Shown here: piece after piece, positions 32,201 through 40,032 of the stretch
How positions within the stretch are numbered: position 1 is the stretch's first letter
Layout: the number at the start of each line of letters is the position of its first letter
Virus record (IMG/VR): IMGVR_UViG_3300030117_003836
Location: 1 to 56,056 of that record
DNA length: 56,056 nt
DNA from: a virus
Taxonomy: Duplodnaviria > Caudoviricetes
Reading direction: 5' to 3' (one strand)
Notes under the pieces: model-generated
Databases searched by the model: none
Seen by the model: only the letters and a program-made list of their open reading frames with translations
Told to the model about the DNA's origin: nothing
Made by a program: the position numbers and the translations under genes

Positions 32201-34867
32201 GGAAGTGATGCTTGGTATAGCAATATAAAAAGACAAAACAGAGTTTTTGTTCCTACTGCTGATGCAACTAAAACAAATGAAATACTACCAGAAATAGAAC
32301 TAGGTTCATTAAACCCATCAAAAGCATCAAGAGAATGGAGCACTTTAAATGGTAATCAAAGAGCTATGTCAGGAGCTAGAGGTTTAGTTCAAGCTACTTC
32401 AGCTTTAGTAAAACATGCTGATAATATTGCTGTTTCAAAGAAAAATGAAGATGGAAGTATAAGAAAAGTATTATTAAGAAATCCTAATAAAAAAGAAGGA
32501 GAAGTAGGTTATTGGGAAGTTGAAATGGATTGGAATAACGGTGATTTTCATTTGCGTCAAGCTTTAGAAGGTCAAATAATGCTAGATGCGTCTTCACCTG
32601 ATCCAAACCTGATCAACAAAGTTAAGGATTGGAGATATGAATTTTTATTCCCTGAATATAATCCAGACCCTATGCTAAATAAAACATTAGCAAAAGAAGA
32701 TTTTATTAGACCAGATGGAAGCTACAATACAACAAATTTAAGAAGTTTTATAAACGGTAAAAAAACAACTGCTAGTGAATATTCTAACCATAGAGTAAGA
32801 TTATTTAGAAGGTATGAATATGTAAATGAAAATGGAAACCTTGTTAAAAAAGAAGTTAGATTGCAAGAACTTGATATAGATTTAATAAAAGGCATATTTA
32901 ATGAATATTCTAAGTTACTAGAAGTATCGCCTGGAAGAAAAGTATACCAAAATGGTGGCAGTAAAAATGCTAACTATGAAGATATATTAATTAGAGGTCA
33001 AAGATATTTTTTAAATGCTAAGAATTTTAGAGGCAATATGTTTTATAAGATGAAAAATGCTAGAGAATATGATGATATTGCCAAACAAACTTATAACAAA
33101 TACACTAGAAGTGTTAATTCTTTATTAGGAAATCAATACATGGATTATTTTGGTCCAAAATCTTTTAGATATACAGATGCTAATAACAATGTTAAGTATG
33201 ATAAAACAAAGCAATATGCTACAAAATCACCGTTTCCAGAGCAATTAGAGCAAAATATGTTAGACAGGCACAATGGAACACAAGGAGGAGTAGTTGAAAG
33301 AATTATTAGAGAAATATACTCTCAAGATCCACTTAACAGCTTACATACTAATACTAAGTTTTTAACTAAAGATGCTTTTATAAAACAAGAAAATTTATCA
33401 AATCAATTATTGCATAACGATGCTATGGACATAGCAGAAATGAATAACTTTATTCCAGCATTATTAGGTAATATAAACAAAGATATATCTACTATAAATA
33501 GTTTAAAATATCAATGGGTAAAATTAAATAAAAGTTACTTTAAAGGTAAGAAAGCAAAACTAGAAGAATTAAATAAGAAAATTCAACAAATGGAAGAGAA
33601 ATTAAAACCATTATTGAATAAAGCATATTGGAAAAGCAGAAAAACAAAAGATATAGATAGATTTAGTTTAGTAGATATACAAAGTGATAAAAATATTATT
33701 GATGGAACTGTTCAGTTTTTCACTCTTGCGCATTTAGCCAGAGCTTTTCCTCATAATAAAAATAGTTTTGGATTTAAATCAGACTTAAAAGAACTTAGAG
33801 CTTTCTTAGGTTCTCAATATGCTGGACAAAGAGATCTTTGGGGTACAGGTGAATATGGAAATAGAAGCATATTTACTACAGAAACAAAAAGTAGATTAAC
33901 AGATGTTATGTCTACTAAGGATATAGAACTTAGAGCAGAAGATATGCTGCTTAGAGGTGTACAAAAACACGGAATATCATTTTTATGGGAATTTGCTATG
34001 CCTAGTGCTACAAGTACTGAAAATAAAATAGGTATATTTAACGGGAATGTTATGCCAGTGGCAATAAACCCTAGCGGTAACTATAAAAGAGCCGTAAAAT
34101 TCCTTTTAAAGGGCAAATCAGGGCAATTAGGAACACAGCCTGGTTTTTATAATAGAGATATGTTTAAAAGTGTATTAGAAGGATTAGCTGAAATAGATTT
34201 TACATGGAGAAGATTCTTTAATGGTCAAAATCAACATTTACCTTTAGATGCAATGGAAACTTCTAAACTTATTACTTATCAAATGCCTAAATGGTCTTGG
34301 AAAATGAACAATATGTTTAGTAAATATACTGATATTAAATCAGATAAAGAAATAAGCCCTTATAATCCATTTGGAATGGGCAAAAAATATGATATGAATA
34401 TTGCTTTCTTTAGGTCACTTTCCAATTTAGATAGATCAATTAACGGAGAAGCATTTGAAAGCGGTACTGCTATTTTATCTTATACTAATCAATTAATGAT
34501 GGAGAATGGATATTTAACTCCACAAAAACATTTAGCTTTAATGGCTGATATTTCTAATAGATTAGGACCTACAATGGAAAAAGTATTCCCAAGTACTGTA
34601 GATATACATACAGGCAATGTAACACCAATAAAACCTTTTGATATGTTAAACAATCCTATGTATGTTTTATTAGGTGGAAGCCACATGTCTGGCAGTGGAA
34701 TGAGCTTAGACCCTTATAGATCTTTAAATAAATATGAAAAATTAAGTATGAATAAAATGATACAGCAGGTAAAGGATATGAAGGATACAAAAAAAGATAG
34801 TTGGAGAGAATCATTCTTTGAAACAGATATTAGATTAGATATTAATAAAAAAGCGGAGGATTGCTAA
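26243..34867 (+). CDS. Giant virion protein; probable single-chain two-barrel (DPBB) RNA polymerase, crAss-type
   Basis: 2874 aa; R1936-F-P then EGDYDID (D1975-D1979, nt 32165-32179); upstream SHDSISFIS, FKPVI, YGKT, MASSAEK segments; N-terminal Gly-rich hydrophobic stretches. Confidence 0.75.
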   Translation: MSLERDIALFLAQEEKRKTQLGQIPADSSTERILDQGKENQLPVKNSVYSNAIMNSVVNADRGPMAEFIGEMAWGFADEYTLGGLGMAEEYDWLERSTGAKPLQEGLEGFRDITQGGRKVIDPATGESYRPGPQSFMGKLGGGVGVVGGFIAGAPQKILKIGGKALTWTTALATRKKTFAKTLKQIQKSTEPLTSASPEAAIFNNVLHGATARAVITAARPGKLNNVDNFAQHISSGIKGTIDDAVESGLLDRKTAESLGDVYTKYLSDRPLTSMVDYFTTNATNSRLAYTVGSIIQEGLQFGILDGIRAGVHVGFGLDDEIHHHYDLMEPVWGLGIGGAFGALKWMKPAGKSASSRVDFKSGVRAALEDGKNILKTDGYATLKAKTEAIGADAKILGQHIKQVKVGEKTYSFDLTSVESEAVRVLSDAGRKISDEAKADLVREVLGKTVNDYGKQLMKWAWKENWANVAENWPKMVLGAGIMNARLYYDMYQGQPVGTDDLMVNVLIGAYLNRRGTPRRTDMFPETVQRLRSGLHTLNILPKEYIKTNPFRQMPTLDPARSSSMNPFASDIELNKIVQAAKELGLTTNNFDKIDQPIEIVTETQPGTGFKTIEFATGYGKRSVSQSGEPLPLFHEFYRFLEGATTDKYVRNLDNIPESAALKIEAMLRKKFDNEADMRTYMRKRVDNAGDRFEAEIVGATVDLMNILGVQTGGKGEGSIGKIPSVITVNDVIMKAAEAGTLHNYLDSFKGVKNQADALRALLKKANIMTNTSFELMRANKKETDQAFVIKDFAQIEAIRELIKTREIGINNELGIKPDASNAFKFENAWQLTSYLKSRLMNRKASIFSRILDRNLDTNQEMFQVLLDSGLLKADGLNLDPRRISDISKINIVDNNFVTVKDSRLVSDHQLFLSSVLEVLGAKGQYNVHENPVNISLGQIQRLRNYLNNKGVNTDGPSLAAFSTEVVRRITYQNFKDSKLTQENVGVFQAFHSLGGVNAQDGSFHIMKYDRISKGKPVGIVANKIAYEGSDVRIQEIVKEYNSYVDSMIRNGKIEGKQENFVKEGSLYTITNENTFLTIQSILYDAIHKTAGSARKELMDFMLADLSKSKARDATLTFMSAYPEKTSKLIKLMINNGTLELKKNDGSLEGTYEYYVNKEKFNQKEIQSKILEFIDKHGINLDTLETMTSNAEKQLETYLEQRYGVGDHKAGITVNDFFKTYLPEKPLDPTKMSEYLVDKLYDINNNLRDFTAINEILNEMNIPRGKEQQAYQHLMQIVSNKVQGVTKKVIYWSDGQVKVKDTDLASYRTPYFTMLDKIGLKYALVDGTSHDWVLHPETNKLLYQPLDIFQNNSTIIGKADRQMIQQRRELFLDMLNGKKDIEGFESGMTFIEMPGLKMSLAVSKADIDLVRTAFNEMYTRQIANAPENSLAKKKLEHYKKALEQSLSMDDFHVPEAIKMLIAESMFVGKNKNKLIDYLEMGPGDPELNKMFVGRQKLFNTMKFKRIDKDLITAFQESNMFENGSRQDIVLEKYLTKNKFGVALYNDGLNSFDLKTMFEAENGKGSWQKYYGERARESSHDSISFISREMAEFLGLAYGAPGSKVFKPVISSQGKGNLLYGKTEFVYDPKLDNFFNKNKGIDILMASSAEKLKLYEGKEILQVEKQDFYNIGKVSEKLIIDIPLEAVGVQKIPDHFTPGKLAPSVMNTNTDIDIARSLYADYFADNIAIGMKNMSEILKNPFVEYELMRRIKEGQSTGKYEDLELLDSYDAAQSLQLEWLKVSPYASIDVFGPNAKMNPLKARFLDQAMAPSTEYYHNNKRYRFGAKSTLMQTMDTALQGTLFNPETGKIERYGEVMLPEALGAEDINFAARNYKVKVINKKTNEISDAEVIFNKFGANKSFSYKDIANSARPLESLFNVFERGALKDYDLAISTMRFPRTRPNDLTLLRLRGFKKGSGNATEVNPYDVYHIFEGDYDIDAVDFTWAGSDAWYSNIKRQNRVFVPTADATKTNEILPEIELGSLNPSKASREWSTLNGNQRAMSGARGLVQATSALVKHADNIAVSKKNEDGSIRKVLLRNPNKKEGEVGYWEVEMDWNNGDFHLRQALEGQIMLDASSPDPNLINKVKDWRYEFLFPEYNPDPMLNKTLAKEDFIRPDGSYNTTNLRSFINGKKTTASEYSNHRVRLFRRYEYVNENGNLVKKEVRLQELDIDLIKGIFNEYSKLLEVSPGRKVYQNGGSKNANYEDILIRGQRYFLNAKNFRGNMFYKMKNAREYDDIAKQTYNKYTRSVNSLLGNQYMDYFGPKSFRYTDANNNVKYDKTKQYATKSPFPEQLEQNMLDRHNGTQGGVVERIIREIYSQDPLNSLHTNTKFLTKDAFIKQENLSNQLLHNDAMDIAEMNNFIPALLGNINKDISTINSLKYQWVKLNKSYFKGKKAKLEELNKKIQQMEEKLKPLLNKAYWKSRKTKDIDRFSLVDIQSDKNIIDGTVQFFTLAHLARAFPHNKNSFGFKSDLKELRAFLGSQYAGQRDLWGTGEYGNRSIFTTETKSRLTDVMSTKDIELRAEDMLLRGVQKHGISFLWEFAMPSATSTENKIGIFNGNVMPVAINPSGNYKRAVKFLLKGKSGQLGTQPGFYNRDMFKSVLEGLAEIDFTWRRFFNGQNQHLPLDAMETSKLITYQMPKWSWKMNNMFSKYTDIKSDKEISPYNPFGMGKKYDMNIAFFRSLSNLDRSINGEAFESGTAILSYTNQLMMENGYLTPQKHLALMADISNRLGPTMEKVFPSTVDIHTGNVTPIKPFDMLNNPMYVLLGGSHMSGSGMSLDPYRSLNKYEKLSMNKMIQQVKDMKDTKKDSWRESFFETDIRLDINKKAEDC

Positions 34868-37575
34868 TGCCTTGTGGGCCATCAAAAAGACATTTAGATA
34901 TGTATCACTTAGGAGATAAGTTTATGAATCAACCTGAGGTTAAAGCTTTATTTGCAAATCCTAGTGATTTAGTAACTAAAAAGTATTATCAATTATTTGG
35001 GTTTAAACCTAGTGAATGGAAAGCTTTCCAGCCTAGTGGAGCTGATGTTAGAAAGTTTAAGCAAGAATTAAAATATATGCTTAAACAAATTAGGAAAGAT
35101 AAAGTTGCTGGAGGTTTTGCCTCTAATCTTTATACTACTTCTGGTGTTGTAAGAAGAAATCCTTTATTAGGTGAGTTATATGATAATTATTTACATATTA
35201 ATCACGAATATAAAGGAAGACAAATAATACAAGAACAAGACTTTTTAAAAGTTATGGGTCATTTAAAGGATGAAGCAACTATTACAGGAATGCTTGGAGG
35301 CTCTGGTACATTTAAAAAGGCTACTAAAAGAGCTAGAGATTTAGAATCTAATATTGAAAAACTACTTATAGACTCTAAAAATAATGTTCCTGGAGCAGAC
35401 GTTAAGCTATCTAAAGCTATGGGTAAGCTAGATCGTTTTCTGGCAAAAGGAGAAGGTAAAATATTTAAAGACTTTGTAGAATTAGTAGAATCTCCAACTA
35501 AAGGATTAAGATCTATACCTGAAGTTCAAGATATTATTAAAGATAGACTTGGTAAAGGTTTAACTGATAAAAATATTAAAGATATAAAAACAGCTATCAT
35601 TAACTCTGGTATTACTAAATCTGCTAATATGCAAAATGCTTTATCAAAATATGTTGAAACAATGCATTCTCAATACAATACATTAGTAAATGGTGTAACA
35701 GCGTACATTAAAGGACAGCAAGAAGCTATGATTGCTAAAGGTGTTACAGATGTTAAAGCTTTAGAAGAAGTTAGAATGAAATTGTTAGATAAGTTTTTAC
35801 CAGATGAAAAAGCAGGTTATTATCCTCACTTTAGATATGATTTAAATTCTTTGTTTTTAGATGGATTAATGCCCAGATTACAAAAACTATCTGAATCTAC
35901 AACAATAGGTAAAGAAGGTGGTATAGATGCAGCAATTAATGATTTAAATGTATATGTATCATCACGAACTAAGAAAAGAACTAAAAATTTAGATAGTAAA
36001 ATGTATTCTATGAATTTTCCTGTTGTAATGAAAAGATATATGGACGAGATTAATAGATTTAATTATGTTGCTCACACTCAAATGAATACAATGAAAACTT
36101 TAAGAGAAGCTAGAAATGCTTTTGCTAAAGGAAAAGACTTAGAAGGGTATGGTGCCCAATTAGTAGAAATGATTAAAGACTTAAACCAATCTCAAATGGG
36201 GACTAAAGAAATACAAAGTGATTTTTTTAGAAATGCTAGTAGAGCTATACTAAATATGGAATTTACATCTAAATTAGGTTTTAATGTAAGGTCTGCTGCT
36301 CGTAATGCTACTCAAGGATTGTTAAACTTTGTTGAGTTTGGAACATTTCATATGCGTAAATCAAGAGAATTTTATAGAAATGAAGAAATGTCTAGATTAG
36401 TAGATAAAGCGATGGATGAATCTGGTATTAGGTTTACAGAAATGACTCCTGAATTATTAGAAACTACTGGAGGAAAAGGAGTATTTAATGAAAGAGTAAA
36501 ATTTGATTCTGGTGGTGAAATCATATTTAAAAATCCTTCTAAAATGTCACAATTTGCTGATTTTACTGGTAAAATAGCAGGATTATCTGGTAAAGCAACT
36601 ATGATTCCAAAATTAAATATGATGAACATAGAGAATGCAAATAGAAAAATGACTTACAGATTTGCTTTTTCTAAAATGTATATGCAATTAAATACTAGCA
36701 GTGGTTTTAGACGAATGATGATGGATAAGTTTCAAAAAACTAGAAAACGTGATATGACTGATGCAGAATTTAATGCAGAATTATTTAAAAGATCTAGAAA
36801 TTACGCAGAAAGAATGACAACTTTGCTTCACTTTGATTACTCTACAGTATCTAAATCTAAAATCATGAGAAGTCCTATAGGAAGATTTATGTTTCAATTC
36901 CAACATTATTCTCATAAGTTTGCAGAATACAACTTTAGAATTTTAAGAAATGCAAAACATGGCTTAATGGCTGGTGAAATTGGTTGGAATGGAGAAATGG
37001 GCAAAGCTTATAGAATGGGTATTGCTTATGCAATGGTTCCAGCTTTACTGAGTGCTTTTACAAAGAATGATTGGTTTAGAATGATTCAACATGATACTGC
37101 TCAAAGAATTGGTCAATGGTGGACATTTTTTACTGGAGACGAAGAAGAATTTGAAAAAGCAACTTATGGTAGAGGTGCTATTGGTGGAATGATTGGATTT
37201 CCAGTCTTATCAGACGCATTAGCATTAGCTGAATTAACTGAATTATGGGATTTAAGTGATGCTGATTGGCTTAGATTTGCTATAGGATATAACGATATGG
37301 CAGGTGTTAGTGGTGATCAGAAAATTGCTAAATTAGCGAGTATAGCTAATATACAAGCTGGAAGAATATTATATCATACAGGACCAATTGCGTTACGAGG
37401 AGGCATAGGTACTGCATTGCAACATGAAATGGGAATATATCCTACTGCACGTGCAAAAGATATGCAAGAAAACGTTGGACGTGTGCTGCCTAAAGCTATC
37501 GGTGATGCACTCGATAGATTAGACATACACATATCCAAAGCTCGTAAGAAAAAAGTCAAACCTAGTGGGTTTTAA
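34867..37575 (+). CDS. Large ejection protein with C-terminal membrane domain
   Basis: ~902 aa, probable ATG 34867 overlapping the upstream TAA; FDYSTVSKSKIMRSPIGRFMFQFQHYS followed by hydrophobic helices, as in T7 gp16-like/large polyvalent protein C-termini. Confidence 0.6.
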   Translation: MPCGPSKRHLDMYHLGDKFMNQPEVKALFANPSDLVTKKYYQLFGFKPSEWKAFQPSGADVRKFKQELKYMLKQIRKDKVAGGFASNLYTTSGVVRRNPLLGELYDNYLHINHEYKGRQIIQEQDFLKVMGHLKDEATITGMLGGSGTFKKATKRARDLESNIEKLLIDSKNNVPGADVKLSKAMGKLDRFLAKGEGKIFKDFVELVESPTKGLRSIPEVQDIIKDRLGKGLTDKNIKDIKTAIINSGITKSANMQNALSKYVETMHSQYNTLVNGVTAYIKGQQEAMIAKGVTDVKALEEVRMKLLDKFLPDEKAGYYPHFRYDLNSLFLDGLMPRLQKLSESTTIGKEGGIDAAINDLNVYVSSRTKKRTKNLDSKMYSMNFPVVMKRYMDEINRFNYVAHTQMNTMKTLREARNAFAKGKDLEGYGAQLVEMIKDLNQSQMGTKEIQSDFFRNASRAILNMEFTSKLGFNVRSAARNATQGLLNFVEFGTFHMRKSREFYRNEEMSRLVDKAMDESGIRFTEMTPELLETTGGKGVFNERVKFDSGGEIIFKNPSKMSQFADFTGKIAGLSGKATMIPKLNMMNIENANRKMTYRFAFSKMYMQLNTSSGFRRMMMDKFQKTRKRDMTDAEFNAELFKRSRNYAERMTTLLHFDYSTVSKSKIMRSPIGRFMFQFQHYSHKFAEYNFRILRNAKHGLMAGEIGWNGEMGKAYRMGIAYAMVPALLSAFTKNDWFRMIQHDTAQRIGQWWTFFTGDEEEFEKATYGRGAIGGMIGFPVLSDALALAELTELWDLSDADWLRFAIGYNDMAGVSGDQKIAKLASIANIQAGRILYHTGPIALRGGIGTALQHEMGIYPTARAKDMQENVGRVLPKAIGDALDRLDIHISKARKKKVKPSGF

Positions 37576-37754
37576 CTTTTTCCCATTCTTTCTAGCATAT
37601 CGTCTTTAAAATCTTGCAATATAACTATAATTTTACCTATTAATTCGATATTTCTAGGTAAATATTCTGGATTATCTCCTTTAGCTTCCATTTTCTTTAT
37701 TAATTCAGCTAAAACAGTCAACTCATTTACTTCTTTTCTTGTTTTTCTAAACAT
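37572..37754 (-). CDS. Hypothetical protein (last gene of the - strand block)
   Basis: 60 aa; stop overlaps the convergent + strand stop. Confidence 0.55.
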   Translation of the reverse strand: MFRKTRKEVNELTVLAELIKKMEAKGDNPEYLPRNIELIGKIIVILQDFKDDMLERMGKS

Positions 37755-38113
37755 GGTATCTCCTTTATCAATTCAATAAATTCATTAAACTCAATTACAG
37801 CATATACTTTAGACCTGTTTTTCTTTATAACTAAAACAGGACTTCTATCTTCAGAATTTCCTTCACATTGTTCTAATGATTTCCAAAGATTTAATCGTTC
37901 AGTATTCTTGCATTCAAAACTGTAAGGAATAAACTTTTTTGCTAAAGGAGATAGCACAATATCTTCGCCTCCCATCCCCATAGTCTGTGATTTAATATCA
38001 TCATACTCTAGACTCGGAATCTTCGTCCATAGATCCACAAAGATATGTCTAAGTTTATCCCTTACTAAATTCTGTAAATTTCTACCCTTCGCTTTTGCGC
38101 TTTTTGGTTTCAT
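37727..38113 (-). CDS. Holliday junction resolvase, PD-(D/E)xK type
   Basis: SAKAKGRNLQ...GMGGEDIVL...SFECKNTE...PVLVIKKNR. Confidence 0.8.
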   Translation of the reverse strand: MKPKSAKAKGRNLQNLVRDKLRHIFVDLWTKIPSLEYDDIKSQTMGMGGEDIVLSPLAKKFIPYSFECKNTERLNLWKSLEQCEGNSEDRSPVLVIKKNRSKVYAVIEFNEFIELIKEIPCLEKQEKK

Positions 38114-38327
38114 ATTCCTCCCTTATATTTAATTTTATTAATGCATCCCATCTATCTTCATCTTTTGTAGGCGTATTAGCCCATTCTATAGTCCCTCTAA
38201 TTAATTCTGGAGACACTATTTCTTCCAAATGATCATTATAGGGAGTTCCACACTTATCACAAACAAACCAAACATCATCTGAGTCCATAGGATATATGTC
38301 TTTATTTTTCAATGACTTTGATTCCAT
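38082..38327 (-). CDS. Hypothetical protein (CxxC)
   Basis: 81 aa, overlapping-operon position. Confidence 0.5.
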   Translation of the reverse strand: MESKSLKNKDIYPMDSDDVWFVCDKCGTPYNDHLEEIVSPELIRGTIEWANTPTKDEDRWDALIKLNIREEYETKKRKSEG

Positions 38328-38529
38328 CTGATTCTCCTTTAATCTTTTTCCTTATTTCTAATATTTCTTTTTGATATTCTTGAAAATCAGCAGTATCTTT
38401 CTTATATTCTATGTATTGCTTAAGTGTATTACCTATTGCTTCAACCATATTAATCACAGTAGTATTTACTCTGTTTAACATTTCTACTTTTGCAACTATT
38501 TCTTTATTCGTTGGCTTTTTTCTTTCCAT
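38302..38529 (-). CDS. Hypothetical helical protein
   Basis: 75 aa. Confidence 0.55.
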   Translation of the reverse strand: MERKKPTNKEIVAKVEMLNRVNTTVINMVEAIGNTLKQYIEYKKDTADFQEYQKEILEIRKKIKGESDGIKVIEK

Positions 38530-38687
38530 GATTTTTTACCTGTTTCCCTTTCTGCACATTTAGTGCAAACTGTTAGTTCTTCTCTAGTAATATGTCCAAC
38601 CCAGAGCCACTGATCAGTAAATTTTGACTCTTTACACATACTACACTTTTTGTATTCTTTGCCTAAGTATTTTTGAATTACTCCCAT
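38496..38687 (-). CDS. Small zinc-finger protein
   Basis: CSMC...CTKC. Confidence 0.6.
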   Translation of the reverse strand: MGVIQKYLGKEYKKCSMCKESKFTDQWLWVGHITREELTVCTKCAERETGKKSWKEKSQRIKK

Positions 38688-38854
38688 TAAAGACCAAGAC
38701 CCTCCAATCTTTTATGCAGTTTCTTTTTATCTTTATCTGGTAGCTTATCAAAATACTCCATAAATATATCATAAGCATATTGATATTTTATTAATCCTTC
38801 TAAATCATCTATATATTCATCTTTTTTATCAAAGAATTGTTTCATATAACTCAT
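38687..38854 (-). CDS. Small hypothetical protein (not in track)
   Basis: RBS AAGGAG; MSYMKQFFDKKDEYIDDLEGLIKYQYAYDIFMEYFDKLPDKDKKKLHKRLEGLGL (55 aa). Confidence 0.6.
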   Translation of the reverse strand: MSYMKQFFDKKDEYIDDLEGLIKYQYAYDIFMEYFDKLPDKDKKKLHKRLEGLGL

Positions 38855-39012
38855 TGTACTGGCTCCTTTCCTCTTAATTTACATTGATATAAATACCTAG
38901 TTCTTTTATGACAATTCCAAGGTGTGAAATGCGTGTATTCATGTTGTCCTGGATTTCTACCTAAATGTAAATCTGTTCTTGTTATAAAGTGAAAATACTC
39001 AGTTAGTCTCAT
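38851..39012 (-). CDS. Small hypothetical protein (not in track)
   Basis: MRLTEYFHFITRTDLHLGRNPGQHEYTHFTPWNCHKRTRYLYQCKLRGKEPVQ (53 aa), ATGA-coupled to the next gene. Confidence 0.55.
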   Translation of the reverse strand: MRLTEYFHFITRTDLHLGRNPGQHEYTHFTPWNCHKRTRYLYQCKLRGKEPVQ

Positions 39013-39154
39013 TGGGCATTTCCTCTCTTTTTAATCCATATGTAGGCATATCTAACAAAATAATTATTTTACCTAGTCTGTTTTTTTGCCATACTGTTTT
39101 TGTTTTAGGACAAAATTTAGGTATATGTTGTCCCCAGTTTCTTTTTTTACTCAT
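38999..39154 (-). CDS. Small basic hypothetical protein
   Basis: Likely start ATG 39154 (MSKKRNWGQHIPKFCP...) after a purine-rich RBS. Confidence 0.5.
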   Translation of the reverse strand: MSKKRNWGQHIPKFCPKTKTVWQKNRLGKIIILLDMPTYGLKREEMPNETN

Positions 39155-39264
39155 AATCTTCCCTTTCATTTTAATAAGAAAGCATCCCCAAACCAACCGT
39201 TGGCCTAGACCGCTCTTGCGATATGATGATACTGGCTCTCTTATTAGGCTCTTTTTATTCTAAG

Positions 39265-39549
39265 CTAATCAGTAACGTAAGTCACTGGCGTAACTAAACG
39301 ACCTGTGATCCGACACCTACGCTTCTGACATTCTTCAACAACTCCATTCTTTTTAAGTTCATTAACTCTACCTGATACGGCATTAATGTCGAATCCTGTA
39401 TATCTAGTTAATTCACGAAGGGTTATGCCAAAGTCTTTATCTTGATGTCCTATAGCATATACAAATGATTTAATATAATCACTTTGCGATACTACAGTTC
39501 CATCTTCATTAATTTGTTTATAAGCTAATTTAGATGTTGTTCTTGCCAT
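39265..39549 (-). CDS. Winged helix-turn-helix DNA-binding protein
   Basis: GITLRELTRYTGFDINAVSGRVNELKKNGVV followed by a wing (RRCRITGR). Confidence 0.75.
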   Translation of the reverse strand: MARTTSKLAYKQINEDGTVVSQSDYIKSFVYAIGHQDKDFGITLRELTRYTGFDINAVSGRVNELKKNGVVEECQKRRCRITGRLVTPVTYVTD

Positions 39550-39725
39550 TTTCTATCCTCCTCTGTTAATTGATTAAATACTGCATTTTCTCTACATTGC
39601 ATGCATAAACCAATTGGTTCAGCATCATATTCTTCATCATAATGTATGTCATATAAAGGTGGAGCAGTACAACAATTACTCCACCACTCCTCCTCTATAA
39701 ACTCATTTGCGTGTATGTTTGCCAT
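39525..39725 (-). CDS. Small zinc-ribbon protein
   Basis: SNCCTAP...GLCMQCRE. Confidence 0.6.
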   Translation of the reverse strand: MANIHANEFIEEEWWSNCCTAPPLYDIHYDEEYDAEPIGLCMQCRENAVFNQLTEEDRKWQEQHLN

Positions 39726-40032
39726 TTTTCTCTCCTGATTCTATCATTCCCCATAATATACATAAATATACTATAGCATCAGTTAATCTTCCTCTTACAT
39801 CTTCTCTTTGAGATGTGTGTCCTTTAATATGTGAAGCAATTCCATCTATATGCTTCATTAAATATATCCAAAGAACCATTTTTTGGTCTATACTTGTTTG
39901 ATTAGCTATTCTTTGAAAGTTAGCAAATACGTTATCTTCATCCATAGCATATTCTTTTTGTCCATTAGTATGCATATTTGTAACATGGTCAAAGATTGAA
40001 TCCATCAAAGCTAGCATTTGTTTATGTTTCAT
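39703..40032 (-). CDS. DUF1599-like (nucleotide-modification-associated, all-alpha NTP pyrophosphatase-like) protein
   Basis: KEYA...NVFANF...MKHIDGI...EDVRGRLTDAIVYLCIL. Confidence 0.6.
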   Translation of the reverse strand: MKHKQMLALMDSIFDHVTNMHTNGQKEYAMDEDNVFANFQRIANQTSIDQKMVLWIYLMKHIDGIASHIKGHTSQREDVRGRLTDAIVYLCILWGMIESGEKNGKHTRK

